NCBI GenBank assembly: GCA_963710755.1 | Contig: CAVQBK010000003.1 | Span: 1,056,001 to 1,120,000 of the forward strand | Length of the DNA: 64,000 nt | Direction: 5' to 3' | Source: an uncultured bacterium | GTDB lineage: Bacteria; Oederibacteriota; JAAXVQ01; JAUVAV01 | Shown here: positions 9,691 to 18,240 of the stretch, piece after piece | Layout of the letters: each line of letters opens with the position of its first letter | Numbering within the stretch: the stretch's first letter is position 1 | Made by a program: the position numbers and the translations under genes | Notes under the pieces: generated by a model | What the model was told of the DNA's origin: nothing | The model's input: the letters and a program-made list of their open reading frames with translations, nothing else | Databases searched by the model: none

Positions 9691-10227
9691 ATGTACGAGA
9701 AAAAGGAAGCCAAAAACGAATTTAAAATGGTGGTCTTTCGCCTTGGGGACGAAGAGTTTGGTGCGCCCATCAATCAAGTGCATGAGATTCTGCGGTTGGT
9801 GGAAATAACACGTGTTCCCCGGGCTCCCAAGTTTATTGAAGGGGTAATCAATTTAAGAGGACGCATCATCCCGATTATTGATCTGCGGCGGCGCTTTGAT
9901 CTGCCCATCAAAACGGCGGAGAATAAGCAACGCATCATGGAAGTGGAAGTGGACAACCAAATCTTGGGCATGATTGTCGATGAGGTTACCGAGGTTTTAA
10001 GGATTCCCGTGGATGCAGTGGAATCGGCACCTCGCATGATTGCCGATATTTCAGGGGAGTATTTGGCGGGCATTGCCAAACTGCCGGGAAGGATTTTGAT
10101 TATGTTGAATTTCGACAAAATTTTATCGGAGCAAGAAACGCTTCAGATTGAACAAGCGTCCATGGATAGCCTGCCAGGTGCCGTGTCACCGGGATTGCCA
10201 GAACATCAAAACCAGGAGGAGCGCTAA
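9691..10227 (+). CDS. cheW: CheW adaptor (canonical)
   Basis: VVFRLGDEEFG, VPRAPKFIEGVINLRGRIIPIIDLR, GMIVDEVTEV. Confidence 0.95.
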   Translation: MYEKKEAKNEFKMVVFRLGDEEFGAPINQVHEILRLVEITRVPRAPKFIEGVINLRGRIIPIIDLRRRFDLPIKTAENKQRIMEVEVDNQILGMIVDEVTEVLRIPVDAVESAPRMIADISGEYLAGIAKLPGRILIMLNFDKILSEQETLQIEQASMDSLPGAVSPGLPEHQNQEER

Positions 10228-10592
10228 TGCCAGCCAGGATCCTCATCGCCGACGATGCTGCTTTTATGCGGGTCATGATCAAGGGAATTCTGTCCAAGCA
10301 GAACTACGAAATCGTAGGGGAAGCCAAAGACGGAAAAGAAGCCGTGGAATTGTACAAGAAACTCAAACCCGATCTTACTACCATGGACATCATTATGCCC
10401 GAGGTCAATGGGATAGAAGCGGTCAAAGAAATTATAAAGGAAGATCCCAATGCCTTGATCATCATGTGCAGTGCCATGGGGCAGCAAGCCATGGTGATTG
10501 AAGCGATCGCGGCCGGCGCTAAAGATTTTGTGATCAAACCATTTCAACCTCCCCGGGTGTTGGAAGCGGTCGAGCGCGCCTTGGCGAAATAA
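10227..10592 (+). CDS. cheY: Single-domain response regulator CheY (2)
   Basis: ILIADDAAFMRVMI, TMDIIMPEVNG, CSAMGQQ, FVIKPF. Confidence 0.92.
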   Translation: MPARILIADDAAFMRVMIKGILSKQNYEIVGEAKDGKEAVELYKKLKPDLTTMDIIMPEVNGIEAVKEIIKEDPNALIIMCSAMGQQAMVIEAIAAGAKDFVIKPFQPPRVLEAVERALAK

Positions 10593-10612
10593 GCCGGGTT
10601 GCTGGGCTCCTT

Positions 10613-11704
10613 GTGAACAGTCAACGTCTTATCCGAGTGCTGGTGGTGGATGATTCCGCTTTTATGCGTAAGACCATCAGCAACATCCTCAATCAAGCCG
10701 AAGACATTGAAGTCATCGCCACTGCCCGTGATGGCTTGGAAGGCATCCAGAAAGTCACCGATTATCATCCTGACGTCGTTACCATGGACATTGAAATGCC
10801 CAATTTGCAGGGATTGGAAGCTTTGGGTTATATCATGAGCGAATGTCCCACGCCGGTGGTGATGCTTTCAGCCTACGCTGCTGAAGGCGGTGAAAAAACC
10901 ATCAAGGCTCTGGAATATGGGGCCGTGGATTTTATTGCCAAGCCTTCGGGACCCATCAGTCTGGATTTAAATGTGGTGGCCCAGGAATTGGTGGCCAAGG
11001 TCAGAACCGCCAGCCGGGTGGATACACGGCGCCTTAAATTTTTGGATCTGGAAAAAATCCCCACTCTTCCCAGAAACATCACCATGCCGACCAAGGGTCA
11101 CAAGGCTGTGGTCATTGCCAGTTCTACCGGCGGGCCGCGCGCCCTCTATGAGATTGTTCCCAAATTACCGGCAGATTTTCCAGCGGCCGTGTTGATTGTG
11201 CAGCATATGTCCTCGGGATTTACCAAGTCCATGGCCGAGCGGCTTAATCTTGTGTGTGCCTTGCCTGTCAAGGAAGCCCAGGAAGGCGATGTCATCCTAC
11301 CGGGAAAAGTGTACATTGCCCCCACCAACTACCATATGGCCATCGTCGTGCAGAAAGATCAGGAAGTAGTGACCCTTAACCAGGGCCCGCCGCGCAACAG
11401 CGTTCGCCCGGCTGCCGATGAGACCATGGAGGCCGCCGCCCGTATCTACGGTCCTAATTGCCTGGGCGTCGTGCTTACCGGTATGGGACACGACGGCACG
11501 GTGGGTGGCCAGGCGATTAAGCGGCGAGGCGGTCTACTGTTGGCGGAAGACGAATCCACTTGTGTGGTGTTCGGTATGCCCAAATCCATTATCAAGACCG
11601 GTCTGGTCGACGGCGTTTTTCCCATTCAGGATATGGTTGATAAAATTATAAGCTATGTTACCATGTTGGGATCAGAACACTCTGGCAAGAGGAGCAGACC
11701 ATGA
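10613..11704 (+). CDS. cheB: Chemotaxis methylesterase CheB (REC + esterase)
   Basis: VVDDSAFMR, MDIEMP, ASSTGGP, VQHM, LTGMGHDG, VVFGMP. Confidence 0.96.
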   Translation: MNSQRLIRVLVVDDSAFMRKTISNILNQAEDIEVIATARDGLEGIQKVTDYHPDVVTMDIEMPNLQGLEALGYIMSECPTPVVMLSAYAAEGGEKTIKALEYGAVDFIAKPSGPISLDLNVVAQELVAKVRTASRVDTRRLKFLDLEKIPTLPRNITMPTKGHKAVVIASSTGGPRALYEIVPKLPADFPAAVLIVQHMSSGFTKSMAERLNLVCALPVKEAQEGDVILPGKVYIAPTNYHMAIVVQKDQEVVTLNQGPPRNSVRPAADETMEAAARIYGPNCLGVVLTGMGHDGTVGGQAIKRRGGLLLAEDESTCVVFGMPKSIIKTGLVDGVFPIQDMVDKIISYVTMLGSEHSGKRSRP

Positions 11705-12672
11705 TCATCGTCACCGGCGGAGCCGGTTTTATCGGCAGCGCTATGGTATGGAAACTAAATCAACAGGGGCGCCAAGACTTGTTAATCGTGGACGCTCTGG
11801 ATCAGAGCGACAAGTGGAAGAATCTGGTCAATCTCAGCTTTGAGAGTTATCTCGATCGCCGCGAGTTTCTGGAAAAAATCAACAATGACGCCCTGCCCAA
11901 TCACATCGAGGCCATTGTGCACATGGGTGCCTGCAGTGCCACTACCGAACGGGACAGTGACTATCTGATGCGCAACAATTACCAATACACCCGCCGTCTG
12001 GCAGAGTGGGCCTTGGGGCATCAGGTTCGTTTTATTTATGCCAGTTCGGCAGCCACCTACGGTGCCGGTGACCTGGGTTATGGAGATGATCTGCCCACCA
12101 CGCTCAAGTTGAAGCCATTCAATATGTACGGGTACTCCAAACATTTACTGGATCTGTGGGCCATCCGTTCGGGGGCTATCTCCCAGATGGCGGGCTTGAA
12201 ATTTTTTAATGTATACGGCCCCAATGAATATCACAAAGAGGATATGCGCAGCGTGGTGCACAAAGCTTTTGGCCAGATCCAGCGCCAGGGCAGCGTCAAT
12301 CTCTTCAAGTCCTACCATCCCGACTATGCCGATGGGGAACAGGTGCGCGATTTTGTTTACGTAAAGGACGTTGTGGAAGTGATGTGGTGGCTGTTGCAGA
12401 ACCGTGAGGTCGGCGGCTTATTTAACCTTGGTACCGGCCAGGCTCGTTCCTGGAAAGACTTGGTGCAGGCGGTATTTACGGCCATGGCCAAACCGGCCCG
12501 TATCGATTTCATTGATATGCCGGCGGGCCTGCGCGACCGCTATCAATATCATACTCAGGCCAACATGAGCAAATTGCGTCAGGCCGGTTTTACAGCTGAA
12601 TTCCAGTCCCTGGAAGACGGCGTGCGCGATTATGTACAATCCTATCTTTTGAATCCAGATCCCTATCTCTGA
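11701..12672 (+). CDS. rfaD: ADP-L-glycero-D-manno-heptose 6-epimerase
   Basis: MIIVTGGAGFIGS, HMGACSATTE, YASSAATYG, YGYSK, FFNVYGPNEYHK, YQYHTQA. Confidence 0.95.
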   Translation: MIIVTGGAGFIGSAMVWKLNQQGRQDLLIVDALDQSDKWKNLVNLSFESYLDRREFLEKINNDALPNHIEAIVHMGACSATTERDSDYLMRNNYQYTRRLAEWALGHQVRFIYASSAATYGAGDLGYGDDLPTTLKLKPFNMYGYSKHLLDLWAIRSGAISQMAGLKFFNVYGPNEYHKEDMRSVVHKAFGQIQRQGSVNLFKSYHPDYADGEQVRDFVYVKDVVEVMWWLLQNREVGGLFNLGTGQARSWKDLVQAVFTAMAKPARIDFIDMPAGLRDRYQYHTQANMSKLRQAGFTAEFQSLEDGVRDYVQSYLLNPDPYL

Positions 12673-12693
12673 CCACAAGCTATCCCCTTGGAC

Positions 12694-12720
12694 TTAATTC
12701 CTATCCGAAACGGCCGATAA
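12694..12720 (+). promoter_or_regulatory. Putative sigma28 (FliA/SigD) promoter for the HD-GYP gene
   Basis: TTAA (12694-12697)-15 nt-GCCGATAA (12713-12720); perfect -10, 3/4 match at -35. Confidence 0.5.
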
Positions 12721-12754
12721 TAAACCTAAACTATTGTTGCGCAGAGGGGAATCT

Positions 12755-14251
12755 ATGTCCAAACTGTTGGTTGTTGATGATGAACTGGCTATCAGGGAAT
12801 CGCTGGCCATTATTTTAGAAGACCGGGGCTACGAAGTGATGACAGCCGCTGATGCCGAGGAAGGCTGGTCGCTGCTGGAGCAGGCGGCTTATGATCTGGT
12901 CCTGACCGATCTGCTGATGCCCAAGGTTGATGGATTTGAATTCATAAAACAAATCCGTTTAAAATACGGGCGCCGTATTCCTATCATTATTCTCACGGCC
13001 CATGGAACCGTGGAGATCGCCTCCCTGGCCATCAACGAGGCGGTGGATGATTTTATCGTCAAACCCTTTGAAGTTAAGATCGTCACCGAAGCCGTACAAT
13101 ACGTGCTGCAAAAAAACCGGCGCTTGGCTAAAAAAACCCATCATGAAGCTGCCGGTAGTCACGGCAATTCCTCCTTTGAAAAAAAATTCTTTGGCCTCTC
13201 CAGTCTGGATGAGATTAGTAAACGCATCAAGGAAACAAGTGAAGTGGATGAGATTGGGGATACCTTATTCGATCAGGTGCGGGCCACCCTGAAACCGGAC
13301 CGGGGCTTGCTGGTGCTCGCACCACAAGATCTGCAGCAGTATCAGTACCAGCGGTTGTGCACGGCCGAGCGGCTGGCTTCAGGGCCGCCGTCCAGTGTGG
13401 ACCAAGGCATCCTGGCCTGGGTCCAAAAAAATCAAAAACCGCTGCTGATTGAGGACATGGTCAGCAGCAGCCAATATAGGGCCTGTTTCAACGGTATGCT
13501 TAATGCCGGCTCATTATTGTCCATGCCCTTTTTGCGCAAACAGCGTTTGTTGGGGGTTATCATTCTCTACCGCCAGCCCGGGGGCGAGCCCTTTGGGGAA
13601 GAAGACATGAAATTTTTGTCGGTGCTCTCCTGTATGACCACGGTTGCCCTGGAAAATCTTGAAATTTACGATGAGATGAAAAATTATTTTAACGGCACCA
13701 TTCGGGCCCTGATCACGGCCGTGGAGACCAAGGATGCCTTTACCTTTGGTCACAGCGCCCGGGTGGCCCGTTACTCGTTGATGATTGCCAAGGCATTGAA
13801 CATGGAGGAATTGATACAGCGCCGTCTCGAGTATGTGGCGCTGCTGCATGATATTGGCAAGATCGGTATTCCGGAAAACATACTGCAAAAAAAATTACCC
13901 CTGACCGACGAGGAATGGGCCGTAGTGCGTCATCATCCCGAATTGGGTGAGAATATTGTGCGGTCCATTCATTTTCTACCGGAAGGCGCCAGCGGCGTCC
14001 GTCACCATCATGAATATTATGACGGCAGCGGCTATCCCGATGGCTTGCAAGGCGAGGGCATTCCTTTGTTTGCCCGTATCATTGCCGTGGCTGATGCCTA
14101 CGATGCCATGCATAGTGATCGGCCCTACCGCAAAGGCATGGACCATGTCAGTGCCCTGGAAGAATTGGAACGGTTCAAAGGCGCTCAGTTTGATCCTCAA
14201 TTGGTGGACCTGTTCATCCAGGCCTTGCAATTAAAAGAAATGGTGGCTTAA
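12755..14251 (+). CDS. REC-GAF-HD-GYP cyclic-dinucleotide phosphodiesterase
   Basis: LVVDDE/TDLLMP/KPF receiver; GAF (LLSMPF..LLGVIIL..F..ED); GHSARV, LLHDIGKIG, HHHEYYDGSGYP, ADAYDAM..DRPYR. Confidence 0.93.
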   Translation: MSKLLVVDDELAIRESLAIILEDRGYEVMTAADAEEGWSLLEQAAYDLVLTDLLMPKVDGFEFIKQIRLKYGRRIPIIILTAHGTVEIASLAINEAVDDFIVKPFEVKIVTEAVQYVLQKNRRLAKKTHHEAAGSHGNSSFEKKFFGLSSLDEISKRIKETSEVDEIGDTLFDQVRATLKPDRGLLVLAPQDLQQYQYQRLCTAERLASGPPSSVDQGILAWVQKNQKPLLIEDMVSSSQYRACFNGMLNAGSLLSMPFLRKQRLLGVIILYRQPGGEPFGEEDMKFLSVLSCMTTVALENLEIYDEMKNYFNGTIRALITAVETKDAFTFGHSARVARYSLMIAKALNMEELIQRRLEYVALLHDIGKIGIPENILQKKLPLTDEEWAVVRHHPELGENIVRSIHFLPEGASGVRHHHEYYDGSGYPDGLQGEGIPLFARIIAVADAYDAMHSDRPYRKGMDHVSALEELERFKGAQFDPQLVDLFIQALQLKEMVA

Positions 14252-14294
14252 CCTGTCACCGCAAGCGGCAGGACCGGGCGCCGGGTTTATGACC

Positions 14295-14324
14295 TTGACA
14301 CTTTTTCCCGGCCCGTGCTAGAAT
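14295..14324 (+). promoter_or_regulatory. sigma70-type promoter of recA
   Basis: TTGACA-18 nt-TAGAAT with TGn extended -10. Confidence 0.6.
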
Positions 14325-14431
14325 TTCACTTCAAAATGCCTTTATTTTAAGTATTTTTTCACCTTTTTTAACTTCACCTTTGACATGAGTTCTTAAAAAT
14401 AAGGCGTCCAATTTTAAGGCGGAGGCAGTCC

Positions 14432-15511
14432 ATGACCAGCGAAAAAACCAAAGCACTTGATTTAGCGATTGCTCAAATTGAAAAACAATTCGGCAAAGGT
14501 ACCATCATGAAATTCGGGGAACGTCCGGTAGCCGATGTAAGTGTGATTCCCACGGGCTCCTTGTCCCTCGATCTGGCCATCGGGGTGGGCGGCATCCCCC
14601 GAGGAAGAATTGTGGAGCTCTTTGGGCCGGAATCGTCCGGTAAAACCACGCTGGCCCAACATATAATTGCAGAATTACAGAAACAAGGCGGCCAAGCTGC
14701 CTTTATTGATGCCGAGCACGCCCTGGATCCTGATTATGCCCGCAAAATCGGTGTGGATGTGGACAATCTGCTCATCTCCCAGCCTGATTCGGGCGAACAA
14801 GCCCTGGACATTACGGAAACACTGGTGCGCTCCGGCGCCCTGGATGTCATTGTCATCGATTCGGTGGCTGCCTTGGTGCCCCGCGCGGAAATTGAAGGCG
14901 ATATGGGCGATTCCCATATGGGTCTGCAAGCGCGGCTGATGTCCCAAGCCTTGCGCAAACTGACTGCAGTCAGCAGCCGTTCCAATACATCCATCATCTT
15001 TATCAACCAACTGCGTGAGAAAATCGGCGTCATGTTCGGCAATCCCGAAACCACCACTGGTGGCCGGGCGCTTAAGTTCTATGCCAGTCTGCGTCTGGAT
15101 ATTCGGCGCGTGGACAGTATCAAGCAAGGCACGGACGTGGTGGGCAACCGGGTCAAAGTCAAGGTGGTTAAAAACAAAGTGGCTCCGCCTTTTGGCCTGG
15201 CGATCTTTGATATTATGTTCGGGGAAGGCATTTCCAAGGAAGGCGATTTGATCGACCTGGGTGTGGAACACGGCATTGTTGAAAAAGCCGGATCGTGGTT
15301 CTCTTTCGATGGCCAGCGCATCGGCCAGGGCCGGGAAGCGGCCAAAGCCTTTCTGCGGGAAAATTTCACCGTGGCCCAAACCATTGAACAAAACATCCGT
15401 GAAAAAGTTAAACCCAGCGAGGTCGTGGAACCAGAGGAAAAGAAATCCGCTGCGGCCGATAATGCCGATGAAGTGGTGAGTGCTGTTAGAGCCAGCAGAC
15501 GTTCATCTTAA
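14432..15511 (+). CDS. recA: Recombinase A
   Basis: [47 protein letters not shown]; GGAGG RBS. Confidence 0.99.
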   Translation: MTSEKTKALDLAIAQIEKQFGKGTIMKFGERPVADVSVIPTGSLSLDLAIGVGGIPRGRIVELFGPESSGKTTLAQHIIAELQKQGGQAAFIDAEHALDPDYARKIGVDVDNLLISQPDSGEQALDITETLVRSGALDVIVIDSVAALVPRAEIEGDMGDSHMGLQARLMSQALRKLTAVSSRSNTSIIFINQLREKIGVMFGNPETTTGGRALKFYASLRLDIRRVDSIKQGTDVVGNRVKVKVVKNKVAPPFGLAIFDIMFGEGISKEGDLIDLGVEHGIVEKAGSWFSFDGQRIGQGREAAKAFLRENFTVAQTIEQNIREKVKPSEVVEPEEKKSAAADNADEVVSAVRASRRSS

Positions 15512-15596
15512 TTCGGTGAAGTCAGCTTAAAAAATCTTTCTTGCGTAAAGCATGCCAAGTTAAAGAAATGAAGATGGTTTGTCCTTCTTTGCGATT

Positions 15597-15642
15597 TTTA
15601 TCAATGTAGGGGCACGGCATACCGTGCCCCTACATTGATAAA
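15597..15642. repeat. GTAG-type REP-like palindrome
   Basis: TTTATCAATGTAGGGGCACGG-CATA-CCGTGCCCCTACATTGATAAA, perfect 21-bp stem. Confidence 0.8.
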
Positions 15643-15784
15643 TACAGGCCCGTACGAACGGCTCGGTAAGGGGGTAACTGAATCGGGTGAGCCCCTGCCT
15701 CCCCAAGGGTTGAAGGTAAAGAACATTATCACCACCAAAAACGTTGATTTTGCTGACAGAGAATCTAAGCGGAGGCCCAAGCTC

Positions 15785-18085
15785 ATGCCTAAAAATGCAA
15801 CTCCCCGTCGTGGTTGGAGAACGCTGCTGATCGTACTGGTCTCGCTGCTGGCGGTGGCCGCAGCGGCCCTGGTAATCGTACCGCGCTTTATACCTTGGGA
15901 AAAACTAAAAGGCCAAGCTGAACAAAAGCTCTCGGCAACCCTCCATCACGATGTCCGCATCGCCTCCATCAAGTTCAATTTTTTAACAGGTATTGAATTA
16001 AGAGGTCTGACCATTGCCAACGCCCAAGGATTTTCTTCCCAGCCTTTACTGAGCGATGAAGCAGCAGTATTGAAATACCGCTTATGGCCCTTGCTGTTGG
16101 GCAAGGTGGTGGTCAAGGCCGTGGAATTGCAGCGGCCTCAAGTGCTGATCGAGAAGGATCGCAACGGCCGCTATAATTTTTCTGATATGCTCACGTTGTC
16201 CCCCAAAGCCGGCCGGCCGGCTGGAACGACTCAGGCCTCCGCCGAGACTCAACCATTCAAGCAATTGCCGCTGGATATTCTGGTTGCTCATTTTGGAATT
16301 GTGGATGCCATCTTGACTTATCGTGATTTGGCCGCTAAGCAGGAATATCAATTGCAAGCCTTCAACGTCAAGGTGGATAACCTCACCTTGGCCGGGCTCA
16401 CACCTATTCATATCCTGGTCACCACCAAGGCCAAGGCCATGGGTACGGTGATTCCCCTGGCCTTTAAAACCGTGATGCGTGTCAACTATGGCCAGCAACG
16501 GCTGATCCTGGACCAGGTAACTTGGAACCTGCCTGGGATCAAGGGCGAGGCTTCCGGTCAAGTGGACCAATTCCTGAAGGCGCCAAAGCTGGACTTGAAG
16601 ACAGCGATGACCATGGATATGAAGACCCTGTGGATGGACCTGGTCCCGGGCACCATGAAAGCCAACCGTCCGCCAATGGCCATGACCGGTACCATTTCAG
16701 CTAAGGGTCAGGTGCAAGGTCAGGTCAAAACGTTGGAAACCATGAACTTTAGCACCGAGGTCACCCTGGACCAAGTGGGCATTGCCCTAAAAGACAAAAA
16801 GCTGCTTTCCCAGGCTCAGGGCCGGTTGGTCATTACGCCGCGTCAACTGACCCTCAAGCCTTTTGAGGCGGTGCTGGGCGGGGCACCGGTTACCTTTGCG
16901 CTGACTGTAAAAGGGTTTGACCTGCGCAAACCGAAAACCCTGAACCCTAAAACCATGACTACTCAGGTGGACTGGAGCTTAAGTTCCGACCAATTGGATC
17001 TGGACGCATTGCTGGCGCTGCTGCCTGTCAAGCCGTCTAAAACGTCGTCACCAGCGGTTGCGGCTCCGGCGTCCGCCCCCCGGCCTGAACCTGTAGCCAA
17101 CCGATTGGTGCCTGCGGGGCTAAACATGATTGGTCAAGCCCACCTTAAAGGCATGACCTTCGGCAAAGTTAAGTTTGGAGCTCTGCAAATGAACACCACT
17201 TTGAAAGCCCAACAGGTGGCCATTCATGTTACCCTCGACGGTTATGCTGGCCGGGTGCGCAGTGACACCAGTTTGGCCTTTAACCAGCCGTTGTTTCAAT
17301 TCACCACTCATGCCGCCGTGGAACATGTGGATTTGGAACCATTGATTTCAGATACCTTGCAAACGTTCGTGGCGGCCAAGTTGAAAAAGCCGGAAATCAT
17401 TAATGAACTGAAAGATAAGTTGGGTGGCCGTTTGGAAGGTCAAATGACTCTCCAGGCGCAAGGCATGCAAGCGGCCCACATCAAAAAGAGTATGACCGGA
17501 AAAGGTGAATTCCGCCTTCAGGACGCGCGACTTAAAAAGTTCGGCTTTCAGGGGCAGTTGGCCAAGTGGGCAGGTAATGACAAGTTCAATCAGGACCTGT
17601 CATTTGAACGCATGGTTATTGGGTACACCATAGCCAGGGAAGTGGTGACCGTAGATCCGTTGGTGGCAGAATCAGGCTCCGATGGCTTAGCTGGAGATAT
17701 GCGTCTTACCGGCCAAGGTCAGCTGACGTTTGGTGCGGCTTTCAAGAATTTTAAGTTGATGCCGCGCATCAATCCCAGGGCCGCCAAGTCTATTTCTTCG
17801 GAATTTCGGCAATATACGGAAGTCCTGAAAGACGAGCATCAATGGGTGGCCTTGCCCATGATTTTAAACGGCCCGCTTAAAAAACCGGACATTCAGCCTG
17901 ATTGGAGTTGGATCAAGGGGCGGATGAAAGGGTATGCCAAACAAAAAGCCGGCCGGGCGGTGGAAGCAGTCAAGCAGAAGGCCAGTACCTTTGTTGAAAA
18001 GCAAAAAGGCAAATCAACCGATGAAATTAAAAAGAACGTTCAGCAGGAATTGAAAAAGCTTAATTTCAATAACTTATTTAAATAA
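15785..18085 (+). CDS. AsmA-family envelope protein
   Basis: GGAGG RBS before ATG 15785; N-terminal TM, LRGLTIAN..GFS, LWPLLLGKVVV..VEL.RPQV.IEKD.NGRYNFSD, beta-rich body. Confidence 0.85.
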   Translation: MPKNATPRRGWRTLLIVLVSLLAVAAAALVIVPRFIPWEKLKGQAEQKLSATLHHDVRIASIKFNFLTGIELRGLTIANAQGFSSQPLLSDEAAVLKYRLWPLLLGKVVVKAVELQRPQVLIEKDRNGRYNFSDMLTLSPKAGRPAGTTQASAETQPFKQLPLDILVAHFGIVDAILTYRDLAAKQEYQLQAFNVKVDNLTLAGLTPIHILVTTKAKAMGTVIPLAFKTVMRVNYGQQRLILDQVTWNLPGIKGEASGQVDQFLKAPKLDLKTAMTMDMKTLWMDLVPGTMKANRPPMAMTGTISAKGQVQGQVKTLETMNFSTEVTLDQVGIALKDKKLLSQAQGRLVITPRQLTLKPFEAVLGGAPVTFALTVKGFDLRKPKTLNPKTMTTQVDWSLSSDQLDLDALLALLPVKPSKTSSPAVAAPASAPRPEPVANRLVPAGLNMIGQAHLKGMTFGKVKFGALQMNTTLKAQQVAIHVTLDGYAGRVRSDTSLAFNQPLFQFTTHAAVEHVDLEPLISDTLQTFVAAKLKKPEIINELKDKLGGRLEGQMTLQAQGMQAAHIKKSMTGKGEFRLQDARLKKFGFQGQLAKWAGNDKFNQDLSFERMVIGYTIAREVVTVDPLVAESGSDGLAGDMRLTGQGQLTFGAAFKNFKLMPRINPRAAKSISSEFRQYTEVLKDEHQWVALPMILNGPLKKPDIQPDWSWIKGRMKGYAKQKAGRAVEAVKQKASTFVEKQKGKSTDEIKKNVQQELKKLNFNNLFK

Positions 18086-18186
18086 ATGCGGCGCGGAAGG
18101 GCATCCGGATTCAATTTCGGCAGGATCTGCATTTTTGGCGTAGCTAACGGCCCCCTTATTGGTCGAAGTTCGGATCAACATTACAG

Positions 18187-18214
18187 GTAGGGGTACGGTA
18201 GGCCGTGCCCCTAC
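18187..18214. repeat. Second GTAG-type REP-like palindrome
   Basis: GTAGGGGTACGG-TAGG-CCGTGCCCCTAC, same family as 15606-15633. Confidence 0.75.
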
Positions 18215-18240
18215 GACCCTTAGGGAAGGAGTGTTAAATA

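Noticed and set aside
14252-14431. LexA/SOS box upstream of recA
   Set aside because: No CTGT-N8-ACAG or GAAC-N4-GTTC recognised; a lineage-specific box cannot be excluded
14675-15391. Long antisense ORFs over recA (also over ftsK 27474-28268 and purL 54824-55555)
   Set aside because: Shadow frames of conserved genes, with no motifs or RBS
15635-15784. N-terminal extensions in the ORF track (asmA; also yajQ, pyk, csp, purS, PorV-like gene)
   Set aside because: Downstream starts with better RBS and family-typical N-termini exist
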